Notes: a model not told the origin generated them from the letters alone. A stretch of DNA of 62,152 nucleotides from a virus (IMGVR_UViG_3300023178_003128:1-62152); one strand, 5' to 3'; positions 45,814 through 57,781 are shown, counted from the first letter of the stretch. A program made the numbers and translations.

Positions 45814-48341
45814 TGGCACATTCTGATAATTTAACATCTCTATTAGTTAATAGACAGGTTCCCGAATTTGTTCGAGAAGAATATCCTGTCTTTATTACTT
45901 TCCTAGAAGCATATTATGAATACCTTGAGACAAAACAAGGTAGCCAACTTAATGATTTAACAACCCAATCAAAAACATTAAGATATTTGGCTGATATTGA
46001 CCATTCTATTGATGATTTTGAAAATAGTTTTTTCAACACATATGCAGATTTATTGCCTAGAGATGTTTCGGTTAATAAAGAGTTTTTAATTAAAAATGTT
46101 TTACCTGTTTATCTTGCAAAAGGTAATGAGAAAGCTTTTAAACTTCTTTTTAGAATGTTGTATAATGATGAGGTTGAAATTAAACTTCCAAAAACAAATG
46201 TTCTTAGGCCTTCTGATGGTCAATGGACAATTGACAATGAATTAAAAATCGAAACGGATATAAGAAGTGTCTATACAGGTAATGGTTCAGAAACCACATT
46301 TTATTTAGCTGAAGAAGTTGATTCCAGTGGTGTTACGGTTTATATTGATGATGTTGAACAAACATTAAATACCGATTATTACATTCGTAAAGAATCATTA
46401 AAAATTGTATTTTTATCAGCACCTTCTAATGGTGCAAGTATTAAGGTTGAATACTCAAACTTTACACCTACTCTATTAGCAAACAGAAAAGTTACTGGCT
46501 TAACATCAGGCGCAACAGCAATTATTGAACGAGCTGTAAAAAGAATTATTACTGATACTTTTAACCTTGGTTTTCCATATGAATTATTCATCAACCCAAA
46601 AACACTAAATGGCTCGTTTGAAACTGGTGAGATTGTTCAAACGGATATAATCAATTCATTAGGCCAACTTGTTACCTTACAAGCAGATTCGTTTGCTATT
46701 GTAACACAAATTAATATTATTGATGGTGGTGCAAGTTATAATGTTGGTGATCCAGTTTTAGTTGTTGGTGGTGGTGCAACCACTCCTGCAACAGCAGAAG
46801 TTTTAACGGTTGTTTCTGGTCTCGTCAATGGTGCAAATATTGTATATGGCGGTGCAGGATTTAGTGACAGCGCTTTAATAGAATCTATTGATACAGCACC
46901 AGAAGTATTACAAATGGCGGCTGATATAGTTGATACAACGGGAGTTGCTAATTCAACCATAAACACATATACAGTTTACAATGATGTCATATCACCATAT
47001 GCTAATGTTAATATATCAGCAACTGATTATGGTTTTGCAAGTGATATTACGGAAAATGTTAGTACCGTTATTGCAGATGCTTTGACACCTTTAACTTTGC
47101 AAGATTTGGGTCCAATTACAAATGTTATTGTTTTATTTTCAAATACAGACATATCATCTTCGCCAACATTAGATAGTGAAGGTGCAACATATCCAGCTGG
47201 AAATGTTTATTACAGTATTAAAACATTTGAATCGGTCGGTAGAATACAAATTAATGATGGTGGTGATGGTTATGTTCCTGGTGATGAAGTTGTTTTTACA
47301 AATCCCTCAGGAACTTACGGTCAAGGAGCTGCAGCTGCTGTTAAAGAGGTTGATGTTGATGGTGCAATTACTCAAGTAGAAATACAACCTTGGAGAGTTC
47401 AAGGAACAGTTAATATTGCCAATACAAATGAAATTGTTGGAACAGATACATATTTTGGAACAGAAATTAGACCGGGTGATAAAGTCATTGTAAATAATGA
47501 AATTCGTTTTATTAATACTGTTGCTAATACAACACACGCAACAGTAAATGTTAATTTTGCAACAACAGCTACTGGTAAAAAAATGGGCCGTTTTGATGTT
47601 TTCCCGATTGGTGGTCAAAGATATGTTCAGTCGAATCTTCCTACACTTACTGTAACATCAGATGCTGGTGCAAATGCAAATTTACAAGTTACTGCATTGA
47701 CAAGTGATGGTGAAAATATTTTAGCAACAATTAGTGGTGTAAATGCTGGACAAATTACCGCAATTAAAGTTTTAAGTGGTGGTTCAAGATATCAATATAT
47801 TCCTCAAATTGATTTAACGGGTTATGGAGACGGATTAGCTATAGCTAATGTTCCAGGCATTGATCCATCTTATGCAACATTCCCAGGTAGATGGACTTCA
47901 TCAGATTCTATTTTATCATCAAGTGAAAGAAAAATACAAGGTGAAGATTATTATATTGACTATTCTTATGTGACATCATCATTAACCGAATTTACAAAAT
48001 ATAAAAAAGTATTAAAAGATTTATTACATCCAGCTGGTTTTGTAAATTATGCTGATTTGAATAGAACATCAATTGGAACTGTTGATGTGATAGATGTTGC
48101 TGGTTCAAATTCAACAACAATTTCTGGTGTGGTTAATGTTACTTCATCATCAATATACATGACCGGACTAAACACATTCTTTGAATTAGCAAATACAAAT
48201 GGAATCTTAAGTGTGGGTTCTAATGTTTCTGTAAATGGAGAAATAAGAACAATTGCAAGTTTTGTAAGTAACAGTAATATCTCTGTAACTTCAGCATTTA
48301 CAAATACAGCAAATCTACAAACTTTAATAATTCTCGACTAA
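45813..48341 (+). CDS. gp7: baseplate wedge initiator gp7-like
   Basis: Q.PEFV.EEYP.F..FL.AYYEYLE, Y.AKG...AFK.LFR.LY, YY.DYSY, LLHPAGF. Confidence 0.8.
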   Translation: MAHSDNLTSLLVNRQVPEFVREEYPVFITFLEAYYEYLETKQGSQLNDLTTQSKTLRYLADIDHSIDDFENSFFNTYADLLPRDVSVNKEFLIKNVLPVYLAKGNEKAFKLLFRMLYNDEVEIKLPKTNVLRPSDGQWTIDNELKIETDIRSVYTGNGSETTFYLAEEVDSSGVTVYIDDVEQTLNTDYYIRKESLKIVFLSAPSNGASIKVEYSNFTPTLLANRKVTGLTSGATAIIERAVKRIITDTFNLGFPYELFINPKTLNGSFETGEIVQTDIINSLGQLVTLQADSFAIVTQINIIDGGASYNVGDPVLVVGGGATTPATAEVLTVVSGLVNGANIVYGGAGFSDSALIESIDTAPEVLQMAADIVDTTGVANSTINTYTVYNDVISPYANVNISATDYGFASDITENVSTVIADALTPLTLQDLGPITNVIVLFSNTDISSSPTLDSEGATYPAGNVYYSIKTFESVGRIQINDGGDGYVPGDEVVFTNPSGTYGQGAAAAVKEVDVDGAITQVEIQPWRVQGTVNIANTNEIVGTDTYFGTEIRPGDKVIVNNEIRFINTVANTTHATVNVNFATTATGKKMGRFDVFPIGGQRYVQSNLPTLTVTSDAGANANLQVTALTSDGENILATISGVNAGQITAIKVLSGGSRYQYIPQIDLTGYGDGLAIANVPGIDPSYATFPGRWTSSDSILSSSERKIQGEDYYIDYSYVTSSLTEFTKYKKVLKDLLHPAGFVNYADLNRTSIGTVDVIDVAGSNSTTISGVVNVTSSSIYMTGLNTFFELANTNGILSVGSNVSVNGEIRTIASFVSNSNISVTSAFTNTANLQTLIILD

Positions 48342-48351
48342 ATAGAAGACT

Positions 48352-49899
48352 ATGACAACAATTATAAAAGAAAAATTAGGTTATCAAAACGCAAAACTTT
48401 GGCGTGATTCACAATCAACTGCAAACGAAAATGATCCTGTCGTTTATGTGTTTGTTGGTAATCATGTTCCTTATGCAAACGAAGCCTCACCGGATTCTAT
48501 TGTTGATACTATTGTAGAAGAAAAAGGCATATATGACAATATATTTGCTGCCAAAAAAATAACAGGTAATGATGTTGAGTTAGTTGTTCCAAGATTTAAT
48601 TGGTCAACAAATACAGTCTATCAACACTATGATGACACGGTCGATGCTAATACACAAATTACAGCAAATACGACAAGTGGAGTTCAACCAATTTATGTAA
48701 TTACATCTGATAGAAATGTTTACAAATGTATGTCAAATAATTCTTCAGCAAATTCAACAGTTGAACCAACAGGTGACTATACAACATCAAATGGAAATAT
48801 TGGTACCTCTGATGGTTACATTTGGAAATATATGTATAATGTCAAACCATCAAATAAATTTTTAAATTCAGATTGGATTCCATCACCACATAGCACAACA
48901 CAACTAGATTATGGTATGAGTAATACGGGTGTTGTTGATGGAGAACTCACAACAATTATTGTTACGAATGGTGGTTCCAATTATTATCATAGTATTGTAA
49001 CAGTTGATGCTTTTGCAAATAGTTGCACAACTTTAACATTAGCCAATACAACAAATATTTCAGCTAATATGAAAGTGGCAGGAACAGGTGTTTTATCTGG
49101 TTCATACATTACAAATATTGATACACCAAATAATAAAATTACACTATCATCCGCTACAACAGCTAATGGTGGTGGTTCAGGAAATAATTTAACAATTACA
49201 ACAAGAGTTTATATTGAAGGTGATGGAACAGGCGCTGAAGCCACAGCTGATGTGTCTGGCGGTAATGTTACAAAAGTTACAGTATCAACAATTGGTACTG
49301 GATATGCAAGAGCAAATGCAATTATATTCGGCTCAGGCACAAATGCAACAGCACGAGTTATTAAATCGCCAAAATTGGGCCATGCTTATAATCCAGCTAA
49401 AGATTTAAATGCAACTAATGTTATGTTTACCTCAAGAGTTGGTGAAATAGATTCAACGGAAAATGGATTAATTTCTACGGATACTTCAATAAGACAGTAT
49501 GGATTATTGGTTGGACCGCATAAATACGGTAATAGTTCTGTAATAACACATAGCACAGCTAATTCGGTTATTTCACAGACACATGATATAACAATGGTTG
49601 CTGGTTCTTCATTTACATTGAATGAATATGTTTATCAAGGAGACCCAAACAATGCAGTCTTTTCAGGTTTTGTAAATGCTCAAAGCACAAACTTGGTTAG
49701 ATTGACAAAAGTTTTAGGAACATTCCAAGGTGGTCTTGATTTGGTTGGCGCAACATCGGGTGTAACAAGAACACCAACAGGTGTAAATTATCCAGAATTT
49801 ACTCCTTATACTGGTGACATTGTATATACAGAAAATATAACAAAGATTGATCGTTCTCAAGGTCAAGCAGAAAATTTAAAAATAGTTTTAAAATTTTAG
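48352..49899 (+). CDS. gp8: baseplate wedge gp8
   Basis: VVPR.NW....Y..Y, VYKC.SN, DGYIWKYMY, GDI.Y.EN...I.R...Q.E..KIVL.F. Confidence 0.85.
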   Translation: MTTIIKEKLGYQNAKLWRDSQSTANENDPVVYVFVGNHVPYANEASPDSIVDTIVEEKGIYDNIFAAKKITGNDVELVVPRFNWSTNTVYQHYDDTVDANTQITANTTSGVQPIYVITSDRNVYKCMSNNSSANSTVEPTGDYTTSNGNIGTSDGYIWKYMYNVKPSNKFLNSDWIPSPHSTTQLDYGMSNTGVVDGELTTIIVTNGGSNYYHSIVTVDAFANSCTTLTLANTTNISANMKVAGTGVLSGSYITNIDTPNNKITLSSATTANGGGSGNNLTITTRVYIEGDGTGAEATADVSGGNVTKVTVSTIGTGYARANAIIFGSGTNATARVIKSPKLGHAYNPAKDLNATNVMFTSRVGEIDSTENGLISTDTSIRQYGLLVGPHKYGNSSVITHSTANSVISQTHDITMVAGSSFTLNEYVYQGDPNNAVFSGFVNAQSTNLVRLTKVLGTFQGGLDLVGATSGVTRTPTGVNYPEFTPYTGDIVYTENITKIDRSQGQAENLKIVLKF

Positions 49900-49908
49900 A
49901 GGAACTAA

Positions 49909-52900
49909 ATGAGTATTGATACCAATTTTAATGTAAATCCTTATTACGATGATTATAATGAGGATAAAAAGTTTCTTCGAATGTTATTCAAACCTGGCTA
50001 TGCTGTTCAGGCTCGTGAATTAACCCAAGCACAAACCATATTACAAAAACAAATTGAAAGATTTGGTAATCATGTATTTAAAAATGGTTCTGTTGTTACT
50101 GGTGGCGCAACATTCTTACAAGAAGTAACTTATCTTAAATTAGATTCTGATTATGCAGGTTCTTCTGTTACTGCAAATAATTTTGTTGGTGAAACTATTG
50201 TTGATAGTGTTAATGATCCTCAAAAACGAGCTACTGTTATTAAAGTATTTGATGCTGACGCTGGTACTGGAGACCCAAAAACATTATTGGTTCGTCAAAT
50301 ATATGGTGATCCATTTGTTGATGGTGAAACAATCACAACAAATTTAGCGTCAGGTGCTACACTTGCTAATGTAGCCACATCTGGTGTTGGAACAGGTCAA
50401 GTGTTTTCTGTTGATGAGGGTGTTTATTATTATGATGGATTTTTTATTAAAAATGATGCACAAACAGTCGCAACATCAAAATACAGCACAACAACAGCTA
50501 ACGCAAAAATTGGTTTTGAAATTACCGAATCAACTGTCACATCAAGCACAGATACATCATTATTAGACCCAGCACAGTCTGCTTCAAACTATCAGGCACC
50601 AGGCTCTGATCGTTTTAAAATCAATTTAGTCCTTTCTACTCGTTCATTAACATCAACCGATACAACACAATTTATTGAGTTAGCCCGAGTTGAAGAAGGT
50701 AAATTGACCAGAAATTATAGAACACCAATTTATTCGGTGCTAGAAGAAACAATGGCCAGAAGAACATATGATGAATCTGGTAATTATACAGTTAGACCAT
50801 TTAAAATTTCTTTAGAAACCAACACAGCTAATACAGCTAATCTTGATGTAATATTATCTCCAGGAAAAGCCTATGTTTATGGTTATGAATACGAAACAAT
50901 TGCACCAACAATATTAACTGTTCCAAAACCAAGAGATACCGATTCTATTCAAAATAGAAGATTGACTGGTGATTATGGTAACTATCTATATACAACAAAT
51001 CACACAGGAACACAAGCAATTAATGATTTATCTACTTTAGATTTACATTGTGTTGATGTAGCTTCAATTAATACAACATCAGCAGCAACAATAGCAAATA
51101 CAAAAATTGGTACCGCTAGAGTTATCTCAACACTATATGATACTTCATCAAATACTTCTGATTCTTCAACTTATACATATAAATCATTTTTATTTGATGT
51201 TCTGGTTAATAATTCAATTACCGGAAATGTTAGAACATATTCTGGAACAACTTTAACAATTGGTAATACAGGTTCTGGCCAAATATTTTCTGGCGTTAAT
51301 GACGCTTATGTTGGCGCTACATTTAAAATTATTGCTGGTCCTGGTGTTGATGAAGAACCAAAACGAATTACTGATTTTGTAGCTTCTACACAAACAATCA
51401 CACTTTCAGAAGCGTTTGTAGCTACTTTAACCACAGCATCAGAATTTTCTATTGATTTTGAAGTAAGTGAAATTGAAAGTTTAGCCGTTCACTCTGGAAC
51501 AACAGTTGTTCATACATCAGATGTTGAAACGAGGTCAAAAGATTTAGCGTCAACTTATAATGATACATATCTTACTGATACCGATTTTCAACCACCTATT
51601 ATTTCACTAGGTGAAAGATTTGTTGCTGACGGAACAATTTCTGACTTTTCATATTCATATAAGCGATTATATGAAGACCAAGCTTTTTCCGCTGGTGTTT
51701 CTCCAGCTTTATCTTTAGGTTCGGGTGAATCTTTAACAACAGCTGGCTCTACATCGGCAATATTACAAAATTATCAAGTTGTTGTTACTAGCGCTGGAAC
51801 CTCTCCATATTCTGTTGGTGAAGTTATTTCAGCTGATAATATTACAGATGTTGACACAGGAACTAAAAAAATAACAATTGCAAGTGCAGGTAATATGACC
51901 GCAAATATTATTACTACTGTTAATTTTACATTAGCATCTGGTAGTCCTGCAAAAACAAAAACTCTCGTTTCAGCTAACTCAACAGTTCAAGTTTCTGGTG
52001 GCGAATCTATTAATACAAATGGTGTCATTGTTTATGCTAATCAAGGTCAAACAACAATTCAAGCAAACAATGTAATTAAAGTTCCATCTACAGCTCAGTC
52101 ACTTTATGTTTCAGATGTTACTGAACTGATTTCCGTTTATGACTTTAATGGTTCTTCTGTTGCAAATACTGGTTATTCAGATGTAACAGCCAGATATACA
52201 TTGGATAACGGCCAAAGAGATTCTTTTTATAATCATGCAAATATTAAATTAAGACCTGGCTATTCAGCGCCAAATGGTCCTTTAGTTGTGAGATATAATA
52301 AGTATTCGTCTTCTGGCGCAGGCTTCTTTACCGTTGATTCTTATCCAACCTATTCTACAATTCCAGATTATACATCACCAACAACCGGTGAAATATATAA
52401 TTTGAGAGATTCTATTGACTTTAGGCCAGTTCGTAAAGATGCTACAGCATCTATTGGTACCGCTGTTCAGTTTGATGTTGATTCAGGAACAACCGGTCCA
52501 AAAGTTGTTGAAAATGGTTCAGATATTATTTTAGATTTTAGTTATTATTTGCCTAGAATTGATAAGGTTGTTTTAAATAAAAGTAGGTCTTTTGAAATTA
52601 TACAAGGAACTTCTTCTAAGAATCCTGTTCCTCCAAGAAATAAAGAAGATTCAATGAATCTTTATGTCTTATATGAATCAGCTTATTTAGCTAATGCTGA
52701 CGATATTGAAACACAATATATAAACAATCGCAGATATACAATGCGTGACATTGGTAATTTAGATAGAAGAATTGGTAATTTAGAGTATTACACATCACTA
52801 TCATTACTTGAACAAGAAACTGTTACAAAACAAGACTTAAGTATTTTAGATTCTACAAATTTACCTAGATTTAAAAATGGTATTATCGTTGATTCATTTG

Positions 52901-55900
52901 TAGGACACTCTGTAGCTGATGTAACAAACAGAGATTACTTTGCTGCTATTGATCCAATCAACAAAGAGCTAAGACCATCATGTAATATATCATCATATGG
53001 TTTAAGTTTTGATTCAGCAAATTCATCAAACTTTACGCAAGATGGACCTTTCATCACCTTAACATCTTCATCTACAAGTTTTGTTCAACAAGATTTAGCT
53101 TCAAAAGCTATGAATATTAATCCATTTAATATGGTTAATTACATAGGTAAAATTAAACTTGACCCACCTTCTGACATTTGGGTCGACACAAGTACAAAAC
53201 CTGATGTATTAGTAAACTTGGGTGGTGATAAAGACGCTTGGGATTTATTAATGTCGCAAGTAGAACCATTTGGCGTTGAGTGGGGAAGCTGGCAAACCAT
53301 TTGGTCAGGAACAGAGATTATCTCCGAAGAAGTTGAACTCAAGTCTGGTCATTGGATTGGTGGGCCTAGACACGGTCGTGGAAATAGATTCACCTCAAAT
53401 GCTGGTACTGTTACAAGAACAATTCAAACATCTGAAGCACAAACTCGTTCAGGTATAGGGTTGGGCTTTAGTGCTGAATCAATAACACAATCTTTAGGTG
53501 ATAGGATTGTTGATGTTTCAGTTATTCCTTATATGAGAGCAAAAAGTGTTTTATTTACCGCATCCGATTTTAAACCAGATACCGTTTTATATACATTTTT
53601 TGATAATACAGCTGTAGAACAATATGTAGCTCGAGCAAACAAATTTGTATTAACAAATAATAATTTATCATACAGGACGGCCGTTGCTAATACTGAACCT
53701 GTTACTGTTTATGACAACGGAACTGCTACAACAAATGGTAGCGCTGTTGTTGTTCAAACATCAAACAACTCGGTTTTTGTTGTTAATGTAAGTCCAACAA
53801 CAAAATTTGATATTACAAGTGCTAATTTAATTGGTTCTGTATCAGGAACAACATCTAGGATTTCTGAATATCATCATTATTCTGGATTTGCAAATGCAGC
53901 TACATCAACAACTATTACTTTAGCAATTGATGCTGAAGGTGCTGATAATTCTGGTTATTATGCAAACACAGCTAACAGTAACACCATCTTTATTGTAAGT
54001 GGAACTGGTGCAGGTCAAACAGCAACAATGACAAGTTATAATGCAACAACAAGAGTTGCGACTATTTCTGGTTCTTGGGCAATAACACCAGACACAACAT
54101 CAGTTTATTCGATTGGTAGATTGACAACAACAAGAGGTGGTGATGTTGCAGGTATTTACAATATACCATCAGGAACATTTAGAACAGGTGAAAAAGCATT
54201 TAGATTAATTGATGTAGCATCTGGAGATATTCCAAGTTCAACAACAAACGGTGATGCTTCATTCTTTGCTCAAGGTTTGTTGCAAACATCCGAAGAGGTT
54301 ATTGTTTCAACAATCCAACCAACAACACAAAGAACAACAGTTATAGATGATAGAATCACATCAACAACTTCTACACAACAAGAAACTGTGGCTGGTTGGT
54401 ACGACCCATTAGCGCAAACATTCCTAGTAGCACCCGACCAACATCCTCAAGGTATGTTCTTGGATAGAGTTCGTGTGTGCTTTAAATCAAAAGATGATAC
54501 CGTGCCCGTAACCTTACAATTGAGACCAACTGTCAATGGTTATCCATCATCAACAACAGTTTATCCATATGGTTCAGTTACATTAACACCAGATAAAGTT
54601 AAAACAACCGATGCTCCAAGTTTTACTGATTCTACAAAATATACAGACTTTGTTTTTGATACACCAATTTATCTATTACCAGGTGAACATTGTTTCGTTC
54701 TTCTTTCAAACTGTAATAGTTATGAAGCTTATGTAGCAGAGGTTGGTAAATTAGACATTGTTTCCGGTGTTCAAATATCTGAACAACCTTATGGCGGCTC
54801 ATTCTTTATGTCTCAAAATGGATCCACATGGCAGGCAGACCAGAATTTAGATATTTCATTTAGATTATTCCGTAAAACATTTAGTTCATCTTCAGCAACA
54901 GCTATGTTTACTGTTGATGCACCTTCTTCAAATGTTTCTTATGATTTGGTAAACTTTATAACATCACAAGTTTCTATGGCAAATACAGCAATATCTTATC
55001 AATTCTTGTCAGAAAAGTCAACTGGTGGATTTACTGGTTATAAAACAATTGTGCCGTCTAATGATTATCCTATGACTGATGGTGATGGCCGAAGAGTTTT
55101 AAATTCAACCACCGGAAACACAACATTACAATTCAAAGCAACAATGTCAACATTAAATACTGATGTGTCTCCTATCCTTGATATTACAAGATTTGGCGGA
55201 ATATTTGTTGATAATAGGATTGATAATTTACCTTTGAAATCGGAAGATTTTGTGATTGAAGCGGCTGGTTCAGGTTACGCTAACTCAGCTGATGTCACTG
55301 TTACAATTACTGGTGGAGGAGGTTCTGGTGCTGTAGCAACAGCAAATGTTGTATCTGGTAGTATTGTTAGTTTTGATGTAACTAATGGTGGTTCAGGTTA
55401 TACAACATCACCAACAATCACATTGACACCTGGTTCTGGTGGTGGTTCTGGTGCGGTTGTATCTTATAACGGTGAAGATAATAAATCTGGCGGTAATTCA
55501 AAAGTGAGATACATCACAAGAAAAGTAACTCTCGCTGACGGCTTTGATTCTGGTGACCTTCGTGTTTATGTCACTGGATATAAACCTAGTGGTTCAAATA
55601 TTCATGTATATTATAAACCATTATCTTCTTCTGATAGTGATAATTTTGATGATAAAGAATATACACTTATGACCGAACTAGGCAATGCTAATTTTGTATC
55701 TGCTAACGAAAGAGATTATAGAGAACTTACATTTGCACCAGGTTCAGATACAACAGCAACAAATTCTGTTACTTATACAAGCGGTTCAACAACATATAAT
55801 TCATTTAAAACATTCTCAATTAAAATTGTAATGTCTAGTGATAACACAGTTGATGTTCCAAAAGTTAGAGACTTTAGAGCGGTTGCTTTACCAGCAGAGG

Positions 55901-55905
55901 TGTAA
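49909..55905 (+). CDS. large virion structural protein (DUF4815/VrlC-like)
   Basis: NVNPYYDD....K.F.R.LFKPG.AVQARELTQ.Q, ARRTYDESGNY, RRYTMRDIG, RFKNG..VD.F, DPLAQTF. Confidence 0.85.
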   Translation: MSIDTNFNVNPYYDDYNEDKKFLRMLFKPGYAVQARELTQAQTILQKQIERFGNHVFKNGSVVTGGATFLQEVTYLKLDSDYAGSSVTANNFVGETIVDSVNDPQKRATVIKVFDADAGTGDPKTLLVRQIYGDPFVDGETITTNLASGATLANVATSGVGTGQVFSVDEGVYYYDGFFIKNDAQTVATSKYSTTTANAKIGFEITESTVTSSTDTSLLDPAQSASNYQAPGSDRFKINLVLSTRSLTSTDTTQFIELARVEEGKLTRNYRTPIYSVLEETMARRTYDESGNYTVRPFKISLETNTANTANLDVILSPGKAYVYGYEYETIAPTILTVPKPRDTDSIQNRRLTGDYGNYLYTTNHTGTQAINDLSTLDLHCVDVASINTTSAATIANTKIGTARVISTLYDTSSNTSDSSTYTYKSFLFDVLVNNSITGNVRTYSGTTLTIGNTGSGQIFSGVNDAYVGATFKIIAGPGVDEEPKRITDFVASTQTITLSEAFVATLTTASEFSIDFEVSEIESLAVHSGTTVVHTSDVETRSKDLASTYNDTYLTDTDFQPPIISLGERFVADGTISDFSYSYKRLYEDQAFSAGVSPALSLGSGESLTTAGSTSAILQNYQVVVTSAGTSPYSVGEVISADNITDVDTGTKKITIASAGNMTANIITTVNFTLASGSPAKTKTLVSANSTVQVSGGESINTNGVIVYANQGQTTIQANNVIKVPSTAQSLYVSDVTELISVYDFNGSSVANTGYSDVTARYTLDNGQRDSFYNHANIKLRPGYSAPNGPLVVRYNKYSSSGAGFFTVDSYPTYSTIPDYTSPTTGEIYNLRDSIDFRPVRKDATASIGTAVQFDVDSGTTGPKVVENGSDIILDFSYYLPRIDKVVLNKSRSFEIIQGTSSKNPVPPRNKEDSMNLYVLYESAYLANADDIETQYINNRRYTMRDIGNLDRRIGNLEYYTSLSLLEQETVTKQDLSILDSTNLPRFKNGIIVDSFVGHSVADVTNRDYFAAIDPINKELRPSCNISSYGLSFDSANSSNFTQDGPFITLTSSSTSFVQQDLASKAMNINPFNMVNYIGKIKLDPPSDIWVDTSTKPDVLVNLGGDKDAWDLLMSQVEPFGVEWGSWQTIWSGTEIISEEVELKSGHWIGGPRHGRGNRFTSNAGTVTRTIQTSEAQTRSGIGLGFSAESITQSLGDRIVDVSVIPYMRAKSVLFTASDFKPDTVLYTFFDNTAVEQYVARANKFVLTNNNLSYRTAVANTEPVTVYDNGTATTNGSAVVVQTSNNSVFVVNVSPTTKFDITSANLIGSVSGTTSRISEYHHYSGFANAATSTTITLAIDAEGADNSGYYANTANSNTIFIVSGTGAGQTATMTSYNATTRVATISGSWAITPDTTSVYSIGRLTTTRGGDVAGIYNIPSGTFRTGEKAFRLIDVASGDIPSSTTNGDASFFAQGLLQTSEEVIVSTIQPTTQRTTVIDDRITSTTSTQQETVAGWYDPLAQTFLVAPDQHPQGMFLDRVRVCFKSKDDTVPVTLQLRPTVNGYPSSTTVYPYGSVTLTPDKVKTTDAPSFTDSTKYTDFVFDTPIYLLPGEHCFVLLSNCNSYEAYVAEVGKLDIVSGVQISEQPYGGSFFMSQNGSTWQADQNLDISFRLFRKTFSSSSATAMFTVDAPSSNVSYDLVNFITSQVSMANTAISYQFLSEKSTGGFTGYKTIVPSNDYPMTDGDGRRVLNSTTGNTTLQFKATMSTLNTDVSPILDITRFGGIFVDNRIDNLPLKSEDFVIEAAGSGYANSADVTVTITGGGGSGAVATANVVSGSIVSFDVTNGGSGYTTSPTITLTPGSGGGSGAVVSYNGEDNKSGGNSKVRYITRKVTLADGFDSGDLRVYVTGYKPSGSNIHVYYKPLSSSDSDNFDDKEYTLMTELGNANFVSANERDYRELTFAPGSDTTATNSVTYTSGSTTYNSFKTFSIKIVMSSDNTVDVPKVRDFRAVALPAEV

Positions 55906-55906
55906 T

Positions 55907-56137
55907 ATGGCATATGTAAAAATTAAAGATAATGATAAGTTAATTAGAGATACTCATTCTAAAGCCATTCTAAATACCGATAGAATAGCATTAGAACAGT
56001 ATTATGCTAAGCGAGCTGTAGCTAAAAAGCAACAACAAGAACAATATGAGACTAAACAAAAAATAGCACAACTAGAGAAAGATATGTCTGAAATTAAAGA
56101 TTTACTTAAACAAATTGCATTAGCAAGGAAATCATAA
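55907..56137 (+). CDS. small coiled-coil protein
   Basis: L.RD..S.AILNTD...Y.....L..D.SEIK.LL; GAGG RBS. Confidence 0.7.
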   Translation: MAYVKIKDNDKLIRDTHSKAILNTDRIALEQYYAKRAVAKKQQQEQYETKQKIAQLEKDMSEIKDLLKQIALARKS

Positions 56138-56550
56138 TGGCAATAACTTATATAACCACAGCAAACACCTTTCAACAATGGGTTGTTGCAACACAAGACT
56201 TAATTACTGTTGCTAATAACTTAACAGATGGTGGTTATTCTCAAACATTTTATGCTAATACAAACTTAAGCATTGGTGGTGATTTAACAGTCACCGGTAA
56301 TCTTACTTTAGATTCTGTTGGCTATGATGACTTATCTGTAGCTGGTAATGCTACAATTACTTTAGATACAACAATTGGTGGTACACTCGATGTAACGGGA
56401 GATGCAACATTACAAAATGTGACTGTTAATTCAGCAGCTACATTAAATGTCACACATGGTGGTTTTATTGGTACTGCAAACACTAACATTTATTCCGAAA
56501 TGGAAAGAATAGAAAACCAGTCTCTTGCATACGCAATTGCTTTAGGATAG
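56137..56550 (+). CDS. virion structural protein (fibre-like)
   Basis: TF.QW....N; G.L.V.G repeats; ends AYAIALG. Confidence 0.65.
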   Translation: MAITYITTANTFQQWVVATQDLITVANNLTDGGYSQTFYANTNLSIGGDLTVTGNLTLDSVGYDDLSVAGNATITLDTTIGGTLDVTGDATLQNVTVNSAATLNVTHGGFIGTANTNIYSEMERIENQSLAYAIALG

Positions 56551-56581
56551 AATAAATAGATTATTAAGGAAATAAAAACAA

Positions 56582-56908
56582 ATGGCAAATACTTTTAAAT
56601 CATATGTAGCTGCAAATGTATTGACAGGTGGTACTGTTGTCTATACTGTTCCTAGTTCTACAACAGGCACAGTTATAGGTTTATCACTTTCAAATAAAGG
56701 CACAGCTACTGTTACGGCAAATGTATTTTTGACGAGGTCCTCTGTTGACTATTCAATTATATCTAATGTGCCAATTACATCCGGCTCTACTTTGGTTCCT
56801 GTTGGTGCTGAACAGAAACTTGTTATGCAAGATGCCGATGAATTAAAAATAACAGTAAGTGCTAATAGTGTAGTTGATTGTATTGCTTCACTTTTAGAAA
56901 CAACATAA
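56582..56908 (+). CDS. small virion structural protein
   Basis: MANTFK...YTVP....VIGL...N...KLV...D.L; AATAAATA late motif at 56551. Confidence 0.7.
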   Translation: MANTFKSYVAANVLTGGTVVYTVPSSTTGTVIGLSLSNKGTATVTANVFLTRSSVDYSIISNVPITSGSTLVPVGAEQKLVMQDADELKITVSANSVVDCIASLLETT

Positions 56909-56920
56909 TAGGAGTTTTTT

Positions 56921-57772
56921 GTGGGATACTTAGGTGCCGTAAATCCTTTATTTGATGCTGCTAGAGCTTTAGTTGGTAGAGAAGATGTAGATCGTTTTAA
57001 TGGCGATAGCTCAAATACATCATTCACCCTAACAAAATCAGTATTATACGCAACAGATGTTGATGTATGGGTTGACAATGTTCATCAAGAACCAAGAACA
57101 GATTATGATGTTGCTGGAAATGTATTAACTTTTGCTTCACCGCCAGCAACAGGATCAAACAACATATATGTAAATATTAGAGGTTCAGCTTATAACAATT
57201 ATGCTGTTGTTCCTGATGGTTCAATTACAGTTAATAAACTCGCAGATGAATTGAGGATTTTTGTTGATGACCAATTCACCGCTAATGGTACAGGAACAAC
57301 ATTTGAACTATCACAAGAACCTTTAAATGCTACAACATTAGTTGTTTCGATTGATGGTGTATTTCAATCACCAACAACAAATTACACACTTTCTGGAACA
57401 ACTTTGGAATTTACAGCTGCACCACATAATAATGCACAAGTATCTGTTAGACATTTAGGATTTAGAACAACAACAACTACATATCCACCTATAGCATCAA
57501 ATACAATTACAACTTTGATGTTACAGGATAATATTGTAACAGGAGATAAGTTAGATTTAGCTTCTGAATATTCTTCAACAACCGAAACCGCTAATGGTTC
57601 AGGACAAACATTCACTGTTACATCCGGATATAATGCAAACTCTGTTATTGTATTTTATAATGGAATTGCTCTTGTTCCTGTTGAGGATTATGATATATCA
57701 GGAACAACATTAACGACAACATTTACTCCAACCGCAAACTCGGTTGTAAGTATTAGATATTTACCAATATAG
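56921..57772 (+). CDS. tail-fibre/baseplate protein with F.G.G...F.L repeats
   Basis: Three repeats of V..DGV.Q.P..DY...G..L.F...P. Confidence 0.7.
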   Translation: MGYLGAVNPLFDAARALVGREDVDRFNGDSSNTSFTLTKSVLYATDVDVWVDNVHQEPRTDYDVAGNVLTFASPPATGSNNIYVNIRGSAYNNYAVVPDGSITVNKLADELRIFVDDQFTANGTGTTFELSQEPLNATTLVVSIDGVFQSPTTNYTLSGTTLEFTAAPHNNAQVSVRHLGFRTTTTTYPPIASNTITTLMLQDNIVTGDKLDLASEYSSTTETANGSGQTFTVTSGYNANSVIVFYNGIALVPVEDYDISGTTLTTTFTPTANSVVSIRYLPI

Positions 57773-57781
57773 AGGAAATAA